In this document: one piece after another, positions 28,201-37,765 of the stretch
How the letters are laid out: each line of letters starts with the position of its first letter
Numbering within the stretch: position 1 is the first letter of the stretch
From: Verrucomicrobiia bacterium
Lineage (GTDB): Bacteria; Verrucomicrobiota; Verrucomicrobiia; Limisphaerales; UBA1319
Direction of reading: 5' to 3'
Assembly (NCBI GenBank): GCA_963664225.1
Contig: OY760937.1
Location: 4,640,001 to 4,704,000 of the forward strand
DNA: 64,000 bases
Notes under the pieces: model-generated
The model's input: only the letters and a program-made list of their open reading frames with translations
Told to the model about the DNA's origin: nothing
Databases searched by the model: none
Program-made: the position numbers and the translations under genes

Positions 28201-29553
28201 ATGACCTATTCCGAGTCCATCGATTTTCTGTATAAGCTGCGTTTCTTTGGCGCCAAGTTTGGCCTGGAAAACACCCTGAAACTGGCCGGTCAGGCGGGGT
28301 CTCCCCAGCGCCGGCTGCGATTCATCCATGTCGCCGGCACCAATGGCAAAGGCTCGACCTGCGCGATGCTGGATAGTATTTATCGAAAGGCGGGCCTGCG
28401 CGTCGGGCTGTTCACTTCGCCGCATCTGGTTGCCTTTGGCGAGCGCATACAGGTCAATCGTCAACCCGTCTCGGAGGCGCAGATCATCCGTCTGGTTGGG
28501 GAAATGCGGGCCATGCTCGATGATCCCATCTGGCACGCGCCGGAATCGACGCCGGGTCAGGGCGTGGAGTCGAAGGAACCTTACTGGGGGCATCCGACTT
28601 TTTTTGAGGTCGTGACCGTAATGGCGCTCCGATATTTTGAGGAACAGCATTGCGATCTGGTTATATGGGAAACGGGACTGGGAGGCCGTCTGGACGCCAC
28701 GAATATTGTGACGCCCCTGGCCAGCGTGATCACCAATGTTCAATACGACCACCAGCAGTGGCTGGGAGACACACTTGAGAAAATCGCCAGCGAGAAGGCG
28801 GGCATCATCAAGCCCGGGATTCCAGTCTTGACGGCGGCCCAGGCCCCGGAAGCGCTCGAAGTGATCCGGCAAACCGCCGAACGCGAGCATGCGCCTTTGT
28901 CCATTGTGACGCCCGGGGAATCCGACGAGCAGGGCTTGCAGGGCGTGAAGCTGGCGTTGCGCGGAGATCACCAAAGGCTCAATGCGGCGCTGGCCGTTCG
29001 CACGGTGCGCCAATTGCAAACGCTTTTGCCCGTGAGTGAATCGGATGTCATCAGCGGGTTGGAGGATGTGGATTGGCCGGGGCGTTTCCAACTGGAGCGC
29101 ACGGCGGAAGGGCGGATGTTTTTGCTGGATGGGGCGCATAATTGCGCGGGGGTTGAAACCCTGCGGGCGGCGCTCCTGAAATACTTTCCACAAACAAGGC
29201 CAGCCCTGATCCTCGGCATCCTCAAGGACAAGGATTGGCGGTCCATGTGTCGTATTCTGGCTCCGCTGGCCAGTCGTGTCATACTGGTGCCGGTACACAG
29301 CGAGCGCAGCGCGTCGCCGGAAGACATGCGCGCCGTGTGCGAAGAAGCGAATCCGCAGGCGCAGGTACAGCTTTGCCCGGATTTGCGCAGCGCGTTGGAA
29401 CGGACAGCCAATGAACCGTTTGTGGGAATATGCGGCTCCCTTTACCTGATTGGGGAGGCCATGGAATTGTTGGAATTGCCGGGATTAGGGGGAGTACGGG
29501 CACTCGGAGAACGGGGGCTGAACGAATGGAGCGCCGGGGCGGCGCCGCGTTGA
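28201..29553 (+). CDS. folC: Folylpolyglutamate/dihydrofolate synthase
   Basis: HVAGTNGKGST, ETGLGGRLDATN, WPGR, LDGAHN. Confidence 0.97.
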   Translation: MTYSESIDFLYKLRFFGAKFGLENTLKLAGQAGSPQRRLRFIHVAGTNGKGSTCAMLDSIYRKAGLRVGLFTSPHLVAFGERIQVNRQPVSEAQIIRLVGEMRAMLDDPIWHAPESTPGQGVESKEPYWGHPTFFEVVTVMALRYFEEQHCDLVIWETGLGGRLDATNIVTPLASVITNVQYDHQQWLGDTLEKIASEKAGIIKPGIPVLTAAQAPEALEVIRQTAEREHAPLSIVTPGESDEQGLQGVKLALRGDHQRLNAALAVRTVRQLQTLLPVSESDVISGLEDVDWPGRFQLERTAEGRMFLLDGAHNCAGVETLRAALLKYFPQTRPALILGILKDKDWRSMCRILAPLASRVILVPVHSERSASPEDMRAVCEEANPQAQVQLCPDLRSALERTANEPFVGICGSLYLIGEAMELLELPGLGGVRALGERGLNEWSAGAAPR

Positions 29554-29824
29554 AAAAGCACGCGCGTCTTAAAAATAAGATTAAGTCATTATTATAAACT
29601 TATAGTAATAATTAATAAGTTATAATAATACCGATCCATTGGGATTGACGAGCGCGTTCGAAACCAGATAGATTGCCGCCGCTGGGTCGCAAGAAAACGA
29701 CCGGTCCCTTTGTAAAGCACGCTGGAACAATTTCCGGGGGTTTGAAAAGGTGGCGCGAGAGCAACCCGTCAGCGTGAATGGCTGCCGGGGCAAGGCATGT
29801 GGCCTGAAAGCGTTTGTTATACAA

Positions 29825-30502
29825 ATGAATATTATTAAATGTATTTTTGCCTCCTCGATTGGCAAGAAATATGTCATGGCGGTGACCGGGTTGATGCTTT
29901 TCGGTTTCGTCTGCATTCATCTAGTGGGCAACCTCCAAATCTTCCTGGGGCCTGATCATATCAACGCCTATGCGGCGATGCTGCAAGGCAACAAGCTGGT
30001 GCTTTGGTCTTTCCGGGCTGTCATGCTGGGACTGGTGATGACGCACATCACGATGGCCACAAGCCTGACCTTTGAGAATCTTGCCGCGCGTCCGGTGGCT
30101 TACGCCGGAGGGAAAGTGCCCTATTCGAGTTTTGCCTCGCGGACGATGGTGTATGGCGGCATCGCGTTGTTCGCATTCATTCTTTTTCACATTCTTCACT
30201 TTACCGTCGGCGTGGTGACGCCGGATATCATGCATCACATCGACGTCAAAGGGCGGCATGATGTGTATCGAATGATGATCGAGGGATTCTCCTACAAATG
30301 GGTTTCAGTGGCTTACATCGTCGCCATGGTCGCCCTTTACCTGCACCTGAGCCACGGGGTGGAGAGCTTCTTTCAGACGCTCGGGCTCAAGAATCGGGTT
30401 TACGGGTGCGCGATCACGGCATTTTCAAAACTTGCGGCGGCGGTTATCCTGTTCGGAAACTGCGCGATCGTTCTGGCCGTGATGACCGGGATCATTCATT
30501 AA
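29825..30502 (+). CDS. sdhC: Succinate dehydrogenase cytochrome b subunit
   Basis: SSIGKK..MA.TG, heme-ligand His residues, HLSHG..S.FQTLG. Confidence 0.92.
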   Translation: MNIIKCIFASSIGKKYVMAVTGLMLFGFVCIHLVGNLQIFLGPDHINAYAAMLQGNKLVLWSFRAVMLGLVMTHITMATSLTFENLAARPVAYAGGKVPYSSFASRTMVYGGIALFAFILFHILHFTVGVVTPDIMHHIDVKGRHDVYRMMIEGFSYKWVSVAYIVAMVALYLHLSHGVESFFQTLGLKNRVYGCAITAFSKLAAAVILFGNCAIVLAVMTGIIH

Positions 30503-30523
30503 CCAATTTACTATTTCTGTCGC

Positions 30524-32437
30524 ATGAAACTGGACGCTAAAATTCCCTCAGGGCCCCTGGATAAAAAGTGGGACCGTTACAGCATCGAAATGAAGTTGGT
30601 CAATCCGGCCAACAAACGCAAATTCGAGATCATCGTGGTTGGTTCGGGTCTGGCGGGCGCCTCGGCGGCTGCGTCGCTCGGCGAACTGGGATACAAGGTG
30701 AAATGCTTCTGTTACCAGGACAGTCCGCGCCGCGCCCACAGCATCGCCGCGCAGGGGGGCATCAACGCCGCGAAGAATTATCCCAACGATGGGGACAGTG
30801 TTTATCGTCTCTTCTATGACACGGTCAAGGGGGGTGACTTCAGGGCGCGCGAAGCGAACGTGCATCGACTGGCCGAGGTGAGCGTCAATATCATCGACCA
30901 GTGTGTGGCACAGGGGGTGCCGTTTGCCCGAGAATACGCGGGTGTTCTGTCCAATCGATCCTTTGGCGGCGCGCAGGTTTCCCGGACATTTTATGCGCGC
31001 GGACAAACCGGCCAGCAATTGCTGCTGGGCGCCTACCAGGCGTTGAGCCGTCAGATTCAGGCGCGCACGGTGACGATGTTCCCGCGCATGGAAATGCTGG
31101 ATCTCGTGTTGGTGGATGGCGTGGCCAAGGGTATCGTCGTTCGCAACATGGTCACGGGCGAAGTGAGCTCGCATTCCGCGGATGCGGTGGTTCTGGCCAC
31201 CGGCGGTTACGGAAACGCCTTTTTCCTTTCCACCAACGCCCGGGGTTGCAACGTCACGGCCATTCATCGCGCCTTCAAGCGCGGCGCGGCGTTTGCCAAT
31301 CCGTGTTACACGCAGATTCACCCGACCTGCATTCCGGTCAGCGGCGAGCATCAGAGCAAGCTCACCCTGATGTCCGAATCCCTTCGTAACGATGGGCGGG
31401 TGTGGGTTCCCAAGAAGAAGGGCGACAAACGCGCGCCTGCGGCGATTCCGGAAGCGGAGCGCGACTATTATCTGGAGCGCAAGTATCCCAGCTACGGCAA
31501 CCTGGCCCCGCGCGATATTTCGAGCCGGGCGGCCAAGGAAGCCTGCGATGCGGGTCTGGGCGTGGGTCCAAGCGGGCTGGGTGTGTATCTGGATTTTGCC
31601 GAATCGATCAACCGTTTGGGTCTTGGAAAAATCAAGGAACGCTACGGCAATCTGTTCGACATGTATGAATGCATCACCGGAGAAAACGCCTACGGCCAGC
31701 CGATGCGTATTTTCCCTGCGGTTCATTACACCATGGGCGGTCTGTGGGTGGATTACAATTTGATGAGCAACATTCCCGGCCTGTTTGTGCTGGGTGAGGC
31801 CAACTTCTCGGATCACGGGGCCAACCGCCTCGGGGCAAGCGCGTTGATGCAGGGTCTGGCGGATGGCTACTTCGTTTCGCCACTGACCATCAGCAACTAC
31901 CTCGCCAGCGCCAAGCCGACCCGGGTGCCGACATCCCATGCGGAATTCAAGCGCGCGGAAACCGACACCAACGAGCGGACCAAGCGGTTGCTTGGGATCA
32001 AGGGCAAGCGGACCGTGCTTTCGTTCCACCGGGAACTGGGCAAGCTGCTTTGGGAAAAATGCGGCATGGCCCGCGATGAAAAGGGACTCAAGGAAGCCCT
32101 CAAGCGCATCCCCGAGTTGCGCGCGGAATTCTGGAAAAACGTGACGGTTCCCGGCGAAAGCGCGGATTTGAACCAATCCCTGGAATACGCGGGACGGGTG
32201 GCGGATTTTCTGGAATTTGGCGAACTGCTTTGCCAGGACGCACTCGAACGGCGCGAATCGTGCGGCGGACATTTCCGCACGGAATTTCAAACGGAGGACG
32301 GCGAAGCCCTCCGTGACGATCAAAATTTTGCCCATGTGGCGGCCTGGGAATATCAGGGTGAAAACAAGGCCCCGATCCGGCATGTGGAGCCACTGGTTTA
32401 CGAAGAATTGAAAATGATGCAAAGGAGCTACAAGTGA
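30524..32437 (+). CDS. sdhA: Succinate dehydrogenase/fumarate reductase flavoprotein
   Basis: [26 protein letters not shown]. Confidence 0.97.
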   Translation: MKLDAKIPSGPLDKKWDRYSIEMKLVNPANKRKFEIIVVGSGLAGASAAASLGELGYKVKCFCYQDSPRRAHSIAAQGGINAAKNYPNDGDSVYRLFYDTVKGGDFRAREANVHRLAEVSVNIIDQCVAQGVPFAREYAGVLSNRSFGGAQVSRTFYARGQTGQQLLLGAYQALSRQIQARTVTMFPRMEMLDLVLVDGVAKGIVVRNMVTGEVSSHSADAVVLATGGYGNAFFLSTNARGCNVTAIHRAFKRGAAFANPCYTQIHPTCIPVSGEHQSKLTLMSESLRNDGRVWVPKKKGDKRAPAAIPEAERDYYLERKYPSYGNLAPRDISSRAAKEACDAGLGVGPSGLGVYLDFAESINRLGLGKIKERYGNLFDMYECITGENAYGQPMRIFPAVHYTMGGLWVDYNLMSNIPGLFVLGEANFSDHGANRLGASALMQGLADGYFVSPLTISNYLASAKPTRVPTSHAEFKRAETDTNERTKRLLGIKGKRTVLSFHRELGKLLWEKCGMARDEKGLKEALKRIPELRAEFWKNVTVPGESADLNQSLEYAGRVADFLEFGELLCQDALERRESCGGHFRTEFQTEDGEALRDDQNFAHVAAWEYQGENKAPIRHVEPLVYEELKMMQRSYK

Positions 32438-33198
32438 TGAATCTGACCCTGCGTGTCTGGCGCCAGAAAAATGCAAGCGCCTCCGGCGGTTTCGTGGATT
32501 ACCCGGCGCCGAATGTCAGCGAGGACATGTCCTTTTTGGAGATGCTCGACGTGATCAACGAGGAGCTTACTGGCAAGGGCCAGGAGCCCATCGCCTTCGA
32601 CTCCGATTGCCGCGAAGGCATTTGCGGCACCTGCTCGCTGGTCATCAACGGCATTCCCCACGGCCACCGGCCCGGAACGACGTGTTGCCAGCTTCACATG
32701 CGTCATTTCAAGGATGGCGATGTGATCACCATTGAGCCCTGGCGCGCGAAGCCGTTCCCGGTCATCAAGGACCTGATAGTCGATCGCAGCGCTTTCGATC
32801 GCATCATCCAGTCGGGCGGATATATCTCCGTTTCCACCGGCCAGGCCTGCGAGGCGAATTCGATTCCCATACCCAAGGACGTCCTTGATGAGTCGATGGA
32901 CGCGGCGGCCTGCATCGGTTGCGGCGCCTGTGTCGCGGCCTGCAAGAACGCATCAGCCATGTTGTTTGTGGCGGCCAAAGTGTCGCACCTTGGCCTTTTG
33001 CCTCAGGGAAAACTCGAGCAGGACCGCCGGGTTTTCAACATGATCAAGACGATGGACGCCGAAGGCTTTGGAAATTGCACCAACATCGGTTCCTGCGAAG
33101 CGGTTTGCCCCAAAGGCGTGAGCTTGAGCTTCATCGCCCGGATGAACCGTCACTATGCGCTGGCGATCATCAAGGGCCAGGCCTCCAAGGAGAGCTGA
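32437..33198 (+). CDS. sdhB: Succinate dehydrogenase/fumarate reductase Fe-S subunit
   Basis: CREGICG.C, CIGCGAC...C, C.....C...CP. Confidence 0.96.
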   Translation: MNLTLRVWRQKNASASGGFVDYPAPNVSEDMSFLEMLDVINEELTGKGQEPIAFDSDCREGICGTCSLVINGIPHGHRPGTTCCQLHMRHFKDGDVITIEPWRAKPFPVIKDLIVDRSAFDRIIQSGGYISVSTGQACEANSIPIPKDVLDESMDAAACIGCGACVAACKNASAMLFVAAKVSHLGLLPQGKLEQDRRVFNMIKTMDAEGFGNCTNIGSCEAVCPKGVSLSFIARMNRHYALAIIKGQASKES

Positions 33199-33227
33199 TC
33201 GAACGGACGATAGCTGGAAAGAATTCG

Positions 33228-33266
33228 AAAACGGTCTTTTCCTGAAAAGGGGAAGGCCGTTTTTTT
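33228..33266 (+). terminator. Rho-independent terminator after sdhB
   Basis: AAAACGGTCTTTTCC/GGGGAAGGCCGTTTTTTT. Confidence 0.8.
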
Positions 33267-33291
33267 GTCGATGGTATCGATGAATCTGCCG

Positions 33292-33477
33292 TCAACTTTC
33301 AGTTTGCTGCATCTTGACCAAGTCCTTTTCGGCCAAAACCCAATCCTCGAGAGTCAGGGAATGATTCGGCAGTTTGTCGCGAAACATTTCAAAGGCATGC
33401 TGACGCACCATGCCCTTGGTGATGCCCGGAGTGACCGGTTTGGGCTGAGGGATCGATTTTTCCAAATGAGTTTTCAT
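33292..33477 (-). CDS. Small protein, DUF2934-like
   Basis: VRQHAFEM...DWVLAEKDL pattern; 61 aa. Confidence 0.65.
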   Translation of the reverse strand: MKTHLEKSIPQPKPVTPGITKGMVRQHAFEMFRDKLPNHSLTLEDWVLAEKDLVKMQQTES

Positions 33478-33660
33478 ATGTATTCCGTTTCTTAAGAGGA
33501 ACATAGGAGCGGACTGGAGAATTGCAACCGGTGTTTATTTAACTAATTGCAAGGCAGTTGGTTGCGCGGAAACATAAAACGGAACCGAAGCGGTTTTCCA
33601 CCTGGAAGAAGGCGCCCGGCAAACGTCAGGCCTTAAGCTGCGACTGCGGAACTGGCTGCG

Positions 33661-34134
33661 CTATTGGGGTTTGTTGGGACAAGAACCGGAACGTTTCAGT
33701 TGTTCGCAGCGGGCGGTGATGCGCAGTTGCTTGGAGTGGATGGTAAATCCCATGTCACGCGCCACCTGTTTCTCCAGTTTCTCGATCCGGCCATTCTCGA
33801 ATTCAAAAATTTTGCCGCAATCCACGCAGATGATGTGGTTGTGGTCAGGGTGCGTTGTGTAATTGGGATCGTAAATCTGGTGGTCTTTGCCGAAATCCAA
33901 CACCCGCAAGAGGCCGATTTCCACGAGCAAGGGCAGCGAGCGATACACGGTGGCGCGTGAAACGGAGGGATCGCGCTCGCGCGCCCATGTCAGCAGTTGC
34001 TCGGCGGTGAAATGGGATGTGGTGCTGAAGACCGAATCCATGATCGCCTCGCGCTGGGAGGTGAGGCGCAAGTGCTTTTCGGCCAGATGATCGAGAAACC
34101 GCTGGCGCGCCTGCTCTTTTGTGGGTTGCGGCAT
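33661..34134 (-). CDS. Fur family transcriptional regulator
   Basis: R.T.QR, H.TAE, SRATVYR.L, H.H.IC..CG. Confidence 0.95.
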   Translation of the reverse strand: MPQPTKEQARQRFLDHLAEKHLRLTSQREAIMDSVFSTTSHFTAEQLLTWARERDPSVSRATVYRSLPLLVEIGLLRVLDFGKDHQIYDPNYTTHPDHNHIICVDCGKIFEFENGRIEKLEKQVARDMGFTIHSKQLRITARCEQLKRSGSCPNKPQ

Positions 34135-34148
34135 GAGGGACGCGGCGG

Positions 34149-35585
34149 TTAGGCGCTGAGTAATTTCCGGCACGCCACGCGCAATTTCTCAAGCTGGGCG
34201 GGGGATTTGGCTTCAAGATAGCAACGGATCAACGGTTCGGTGCCGCTGGCCCGGAAGGCCACCCATTCCTGATTGGGCAGCAAGTATTTGAAACCGTCCG
34301 TGGTGATGAACTTTTCAACCTTGAACGGGCCAATATTGTCCAATCCGGATCCCAATTTTTTAAGCAAGGCTGCCTTCTGCTCGGCCTGAATGGAAATGTT
34401 GATGCGGTCCGTGCAGAAAACACCGACCTGTTTTTCGATGATCTTGAGGATTTGCCCCAGTGTTTTCTTCTCTGTGGCCACGAGTTCCGCCATGAGGAGA
34501 CAGGCGAGAATGCCGTCTTTTTCGGGAACATGGCCTTTGACGCTCAAGCCGCCGGATTCTTCGCCGCCCACAATGATCGGCTCACTTTCCATTAATGCGC
34601 CAATGTATTTGAAGCCGACGGGGGTTTCGTGGACCTTGACGCCAAACAGACCGGCGACGGCATCGACCAGGTGGCTGGTGGGCACCGTGCGCACCACGGC
34701 GCCGGTCCAACCACGGTTTTTCTTCAAATGATACAGGGTCAGCGCGAGAACCTGGTTGGGACTCAGCCATGTGCCGTCCTTATCCACAATGCCGAAACGG
34801 TCCGCGTCTCCGTCCAACCCCAAGCCCAATTGCGCGCCGCCTTTCAGAATGAACTCGCGCACCTCGCTCATGCCTTCGGCGCTCGGTTCGGGATGATGCC
34901 CCCCAAAGAGCGGGTTGACTTCGTTGTGGAAAACCGTCACGTCCGCTCCGGCGGATTCGAGGAGAATGTCCAGGTAACCGCGGCCGGTGCCATACATACA
35001 CTCGACGGCCACTTTGAGTTTGGCGCGGGTGATGATGTCGAAATCGACCAGCTTGGAGATTTGTTTGAAGTAAGCCGGGTTGGGGTCAAAGGTTTTGCAG
35101 GTGTACACGCCAGCCGGAGCGGCCTTCATCGACCAATTGGCCTTTTGGAGCCGGGCGACACCGGCCTCGATTTGCTTTGTGACTTCAGGATGGGCGGGAG
35201 CGCCGTTGCTGGTGGAGAATTTCAGGCCCTGATAAGCGGCGGGATTGTGACTTGCAGTCAGGTTTAAACCGCCAATGGCTTTGCGTTGACGGATGGAATA
35301 GGAAATGACCGGTGTGGGGGCATCCCTTTCGCAAAGCAGGGGAGAGAGGCCGTTTTTCTCGAGGACTTCGGCCGCGGCCAGGGTAAATTCCTGTCCTAGG
35401 AACCGCGTGTCATGGCCGAGGATTACCACCGGCTTGCGTCCGTGAATGGCGGATCCGGGTTTCTTCAATTCGCCGACCAGATAGTCTGCGACCGATTGGG
35501 TCACCAAGCGGAGATTGTCGAAGGTAAAATCGCGCGCGATGAGTCCGCGCCAACCGGATGTGCCAAAAATGATGGGGTCTTGCAT
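34149..35585 (-). CDS. Phosphoglucomutase/phosphomannomutase
   Basis: FGTSGWRG, TASHNP, DGDADR, GEESG, R.SGTEP. Confidence 0.95.
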   Translation of the reverse strand: MQDPIIFGTSGWRGLIARDFTFDNLRLVTQSVADYLVGELKKPGSAIHGRKPVVILGHDTRFLGQEFTLAAAEVLEKNGLSPLLCERDAPTPVISYSIRQRKAIGGLNLTASHNPAAYQGLKFSTSNGAPAHPEVTKQIEAGVARLQKANWSMKAAPAGVYTCKTFDPNPAYFKQISKLVDFDIITRAKLKVAVECMYGTGRGYLDILLESAGADVTVFHNEVNPLFGGHHPEPSAEGMSEVREFILKGGAQLGLGLDGDADRFGIVDKDGTWLSPNQVLALTLYHLKKNRGWTGAVVRTVPTSHLVDAVAGLFGVKVHETPVGFKYIGALMESEPIIVGGEESGGLSVKGHVPEKDGILACLLMAELVATEKKTLGQILKIIEKQVGVFCTDRINISIQAEQKAALLKKLGSGLDNIGPFKVEKFITTDGFKYLLPNQEWVAFRASGTEPLIRCYLEAKSPAQLEKLRVACRKLLSA

Positions 35586-35608
35586 GGTCAGATAAGAATC
35601 TCGAAACT

Positions 35609-36010
35609 TTATTTTCCCGCCTTATAGCGGCTCCACTGGAACGCGCCTTTTTTCAAGGCATACAGGTAGCCTACGAACAGGACAGCAACAAAGGAGAGCA
35701 TGGCGCCGAGGATCACATTGGGCTGGGTTCCGAGCATTTCCTTGTAAACGACGGCCCATGGATAAAGAAAGACGACCTCGATGTCGAAGAGGATGAAAAG
35801 CATCGCAACGACGAAAAATTTGACTGAAAAACGGGTGCTCCCCGAACCGATGGGCAGCATGCCACACTCATAGGCCGTGTCTTTGATGGGAGGGCGGCTG
35901 CCGCGTTTTCCAAGCAACGTGGAGAATCCCAGCATGAATGCGATAAGCCCCACTGCAACAACACCCAGTATCAAGACCGGCAGGTATTGAACGATTTGTT
36001 CCGATTGCAC
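35609..36010 (-). CDS. nuoA: NADH-quinone oxidoreductase subunit A
   Basis: YECG, FILFDIEVVFLYPWA, KKGA..W. Confidence 0.95.
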   Translation of the reverse strand: MQSEQIVQYLPVLILGVVAVGLIAFMLGFSTLLGKRGSRPPIKDTAYECGMLPIGSGSTRFSVKFFVVAMLFILFDIEVVFLYPWAVVYKEMLGTQPNVILGAMLSFVAVLFVGYLYALKKGAFQWSRYKAGK

Positions 36011-36159
36011 GCGGGCAAAATATCCCGGAACCGCCTTAATGGCAAGTTTAAAGGCCCGATTTGCGCCGCTTCAGGCATGAGATGAGAAGATTCGTCCTTG
36101 AGGAGAATTCTTTAAAAAATGCCAAGTTTGCGGATGTGGCTGGAGCGTCGGTCTCATGA

Positions 36160-36400
36160 CCGGGGGATGCGGCTCGGCGGGAGCCTCGCCCTACCGGGGG
36201 ATGCGGCTCGGCGGGAGCCTCGCCCTACCGGGGATGCGGCTCGGCGGGAGCCTCGCCCTACCGGGGGATGCGGCTCGGCGGGAGCCTCGCCCTACCGGGG
36301 GATGCGGCTCGGCGGGAGCCTCGCCCTACCGGGATGCGGCTCGGCGGGAGCCTCGCCCTACCGGGGGATGCGGCTCGGCGGGAGCCTCGCCCTACCGGGG
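36160..36400 (-). repeat. Tandem array of 7 GTAG-type REP units
   Basis: Core GGCTCGGCGGGAGCCTCGCCCTACC (reverse complement GGTAGGGCGAGGCTCCCGCCGAGCC) with G(3-5)ATGC linkers. Confidence 0.95.
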
Positions 36401-36429
36401 AAAAGGAGCGTCCTCGCGAGCTTTTCATT

Positions 36430-36915
36430 TCACCAGCGAAATCCATGGATTGCTCCTTGATAGGGCCATTGCCCGATTTCCTTCGCCAATCCCGCCCGCA
36501 CCGGATTCTCCTGAACGTAAAGCCACTTCTGCGAATAGTTCTCATCCCGCCGCAGCCGATGATGAAACGCGCTCGCCTGCCAGTCCCAGTCCGCGTGCTG
36601 ATGGGACTTGCTGAACTGGCTTTTCCAAAACGTGATCCAACGTTCGATGGTGAAATGCAAATCGCGCGGCGCGGCAAAGAAATGCAAATGATCCGGCATC
36701 AGTACGTAATTCCCGACCAGCCACGCATCCGCCCGGCGCCAGACTTCCGCGAGCAACCGGTGCGCCTCGTCGCACGCCAGCCAACGCGTGCGATTCTTCG
36801 TGCAAGCTGTCACGAAAACAATCGGCGGTTGATTGAAGTCGATATGGACTCCCTGCGTTGGTCTGCGGCGATCTGGCTTTTCGTCTGAGATGTTTGAGCG
36901 CATATGCTTATCCAC
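36430..36915 (-). CDS. REP-associated tyrosine transposase (RAYT, Y1 HUH)
   Basis: FVT.C, MPDHLH (HUH), WQ...HH..R, Y...NPVRAGL, WPY; flanked by REPs. Confidence 0.92.
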   Translation of the reverse strand: MDKHMRSNISDEKPDRRRPTQGVHIDFNQPPIVFVTACTKNRTRWLACDEAHRLLAEVWRRADAWLVGNYVLMPDHLHFFAAPRDLHFTIERWITFWKSQFSKSHQHADWDWQASAFHHRLRRDENYSQKWLYVQENPVRAGLAKEIGQWPYQGAIHGFRW

Positions 36916-37103
36916 CTGACGGAAGTTAATGGTGTGTGTATGTTTTTAAAATGTCAAGACAAACATATATGAAATGCTGACGTAAATTCTGGCGAAATTC
37001 GAAATGCACTTGGGCAGCGCCTCCAAATAAGACCCCGTTTCATTGCGAGTTTTTTCTCAACCTGCATCAAATGGATAAGCATGTGGATTTAGATTGTCAG
37101 GGT

Positions 37104-37750
37104 GGCTCGGCGAGAGCCTCGCCATACCGGGAGGTGGCTCGGCGGGAGCCTCGCCCTACCGGGAGGTGGCTCGGCGGGAGCCTCGCCCTACCGGGGGATG
37201 CGGCTCGGCGGGAGCCTCGCCCTATCGGGGGATGCGGCTCGGCGGGAGCCTCGCCCTATCGGGGGATGCGGCTCGGCGGGAGCCTCGCCCTACCGGGGGA
37301 TGCGGCTCGGCGGGAGCCTCGCCCTACCGGGAGGTGGCTCGGCGGGAGCCTCGCCCTACCGGGAGGTGGCTCGGCGGGAGCCTCACCCTACCGGGAGGTG
37401 GCTCGGCGGGAGCCTCGCCCTACCGGGGGATGCGGCTCGGCGGGAGCCTCGCCCTACCGGGGGATGCGGCTCGGCGGGAGCCTCGCCCTACCGGGGGATG
37501 CGGCTCGGCGGGAGCCTCGCCCTGCCGGGAGGTGGCTCGGCGGGAGCCTCGCCCTACCGGGAGGTGGCTCGGCGGGAGCCTCGCCCTGCCGGGAGGTGGC
37601 TCGGCGGGAGCCTCGCCCTACCGGGAGGTGGCTCGGCGGGAGCCTCGCCCTGCCGGGAGGTGGCTCGGCGGGAGCCTCGCCCTACCGGGATGCGGCTCGG
37701 CGGGAGCCTCGCCCTACCGGGAGGCGGCTCGGCGGGAGCCTCGCCCTACC
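37104..37750 (-). repeat. Tandem array of 20 GTAG-type REP units
   Basis: Same 25-bp core; linkers mostly GGGGGATGC or GGGAGGT; period 32-34 bp. Confidence 0.95.
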
Positions 37751-37765
37751 GGAAGGCGCATGTTC

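Noticed and set aside
30548..32476. 642-aa antisense ORF over sdhA, and similar shadows over pfkA, pilC, pilT, pheS and the HEAT gene
   Set aside because: Typical antisense shadows of GC-biased codon usage with no recognisable motifs.
36160..37750. CRISPR array
   Set aside because: Linkers are only 7-9 nt and recur rather than being unique spacers. There are no cas genes, and the adjacent RAYT and GTAG foot identify REPs.
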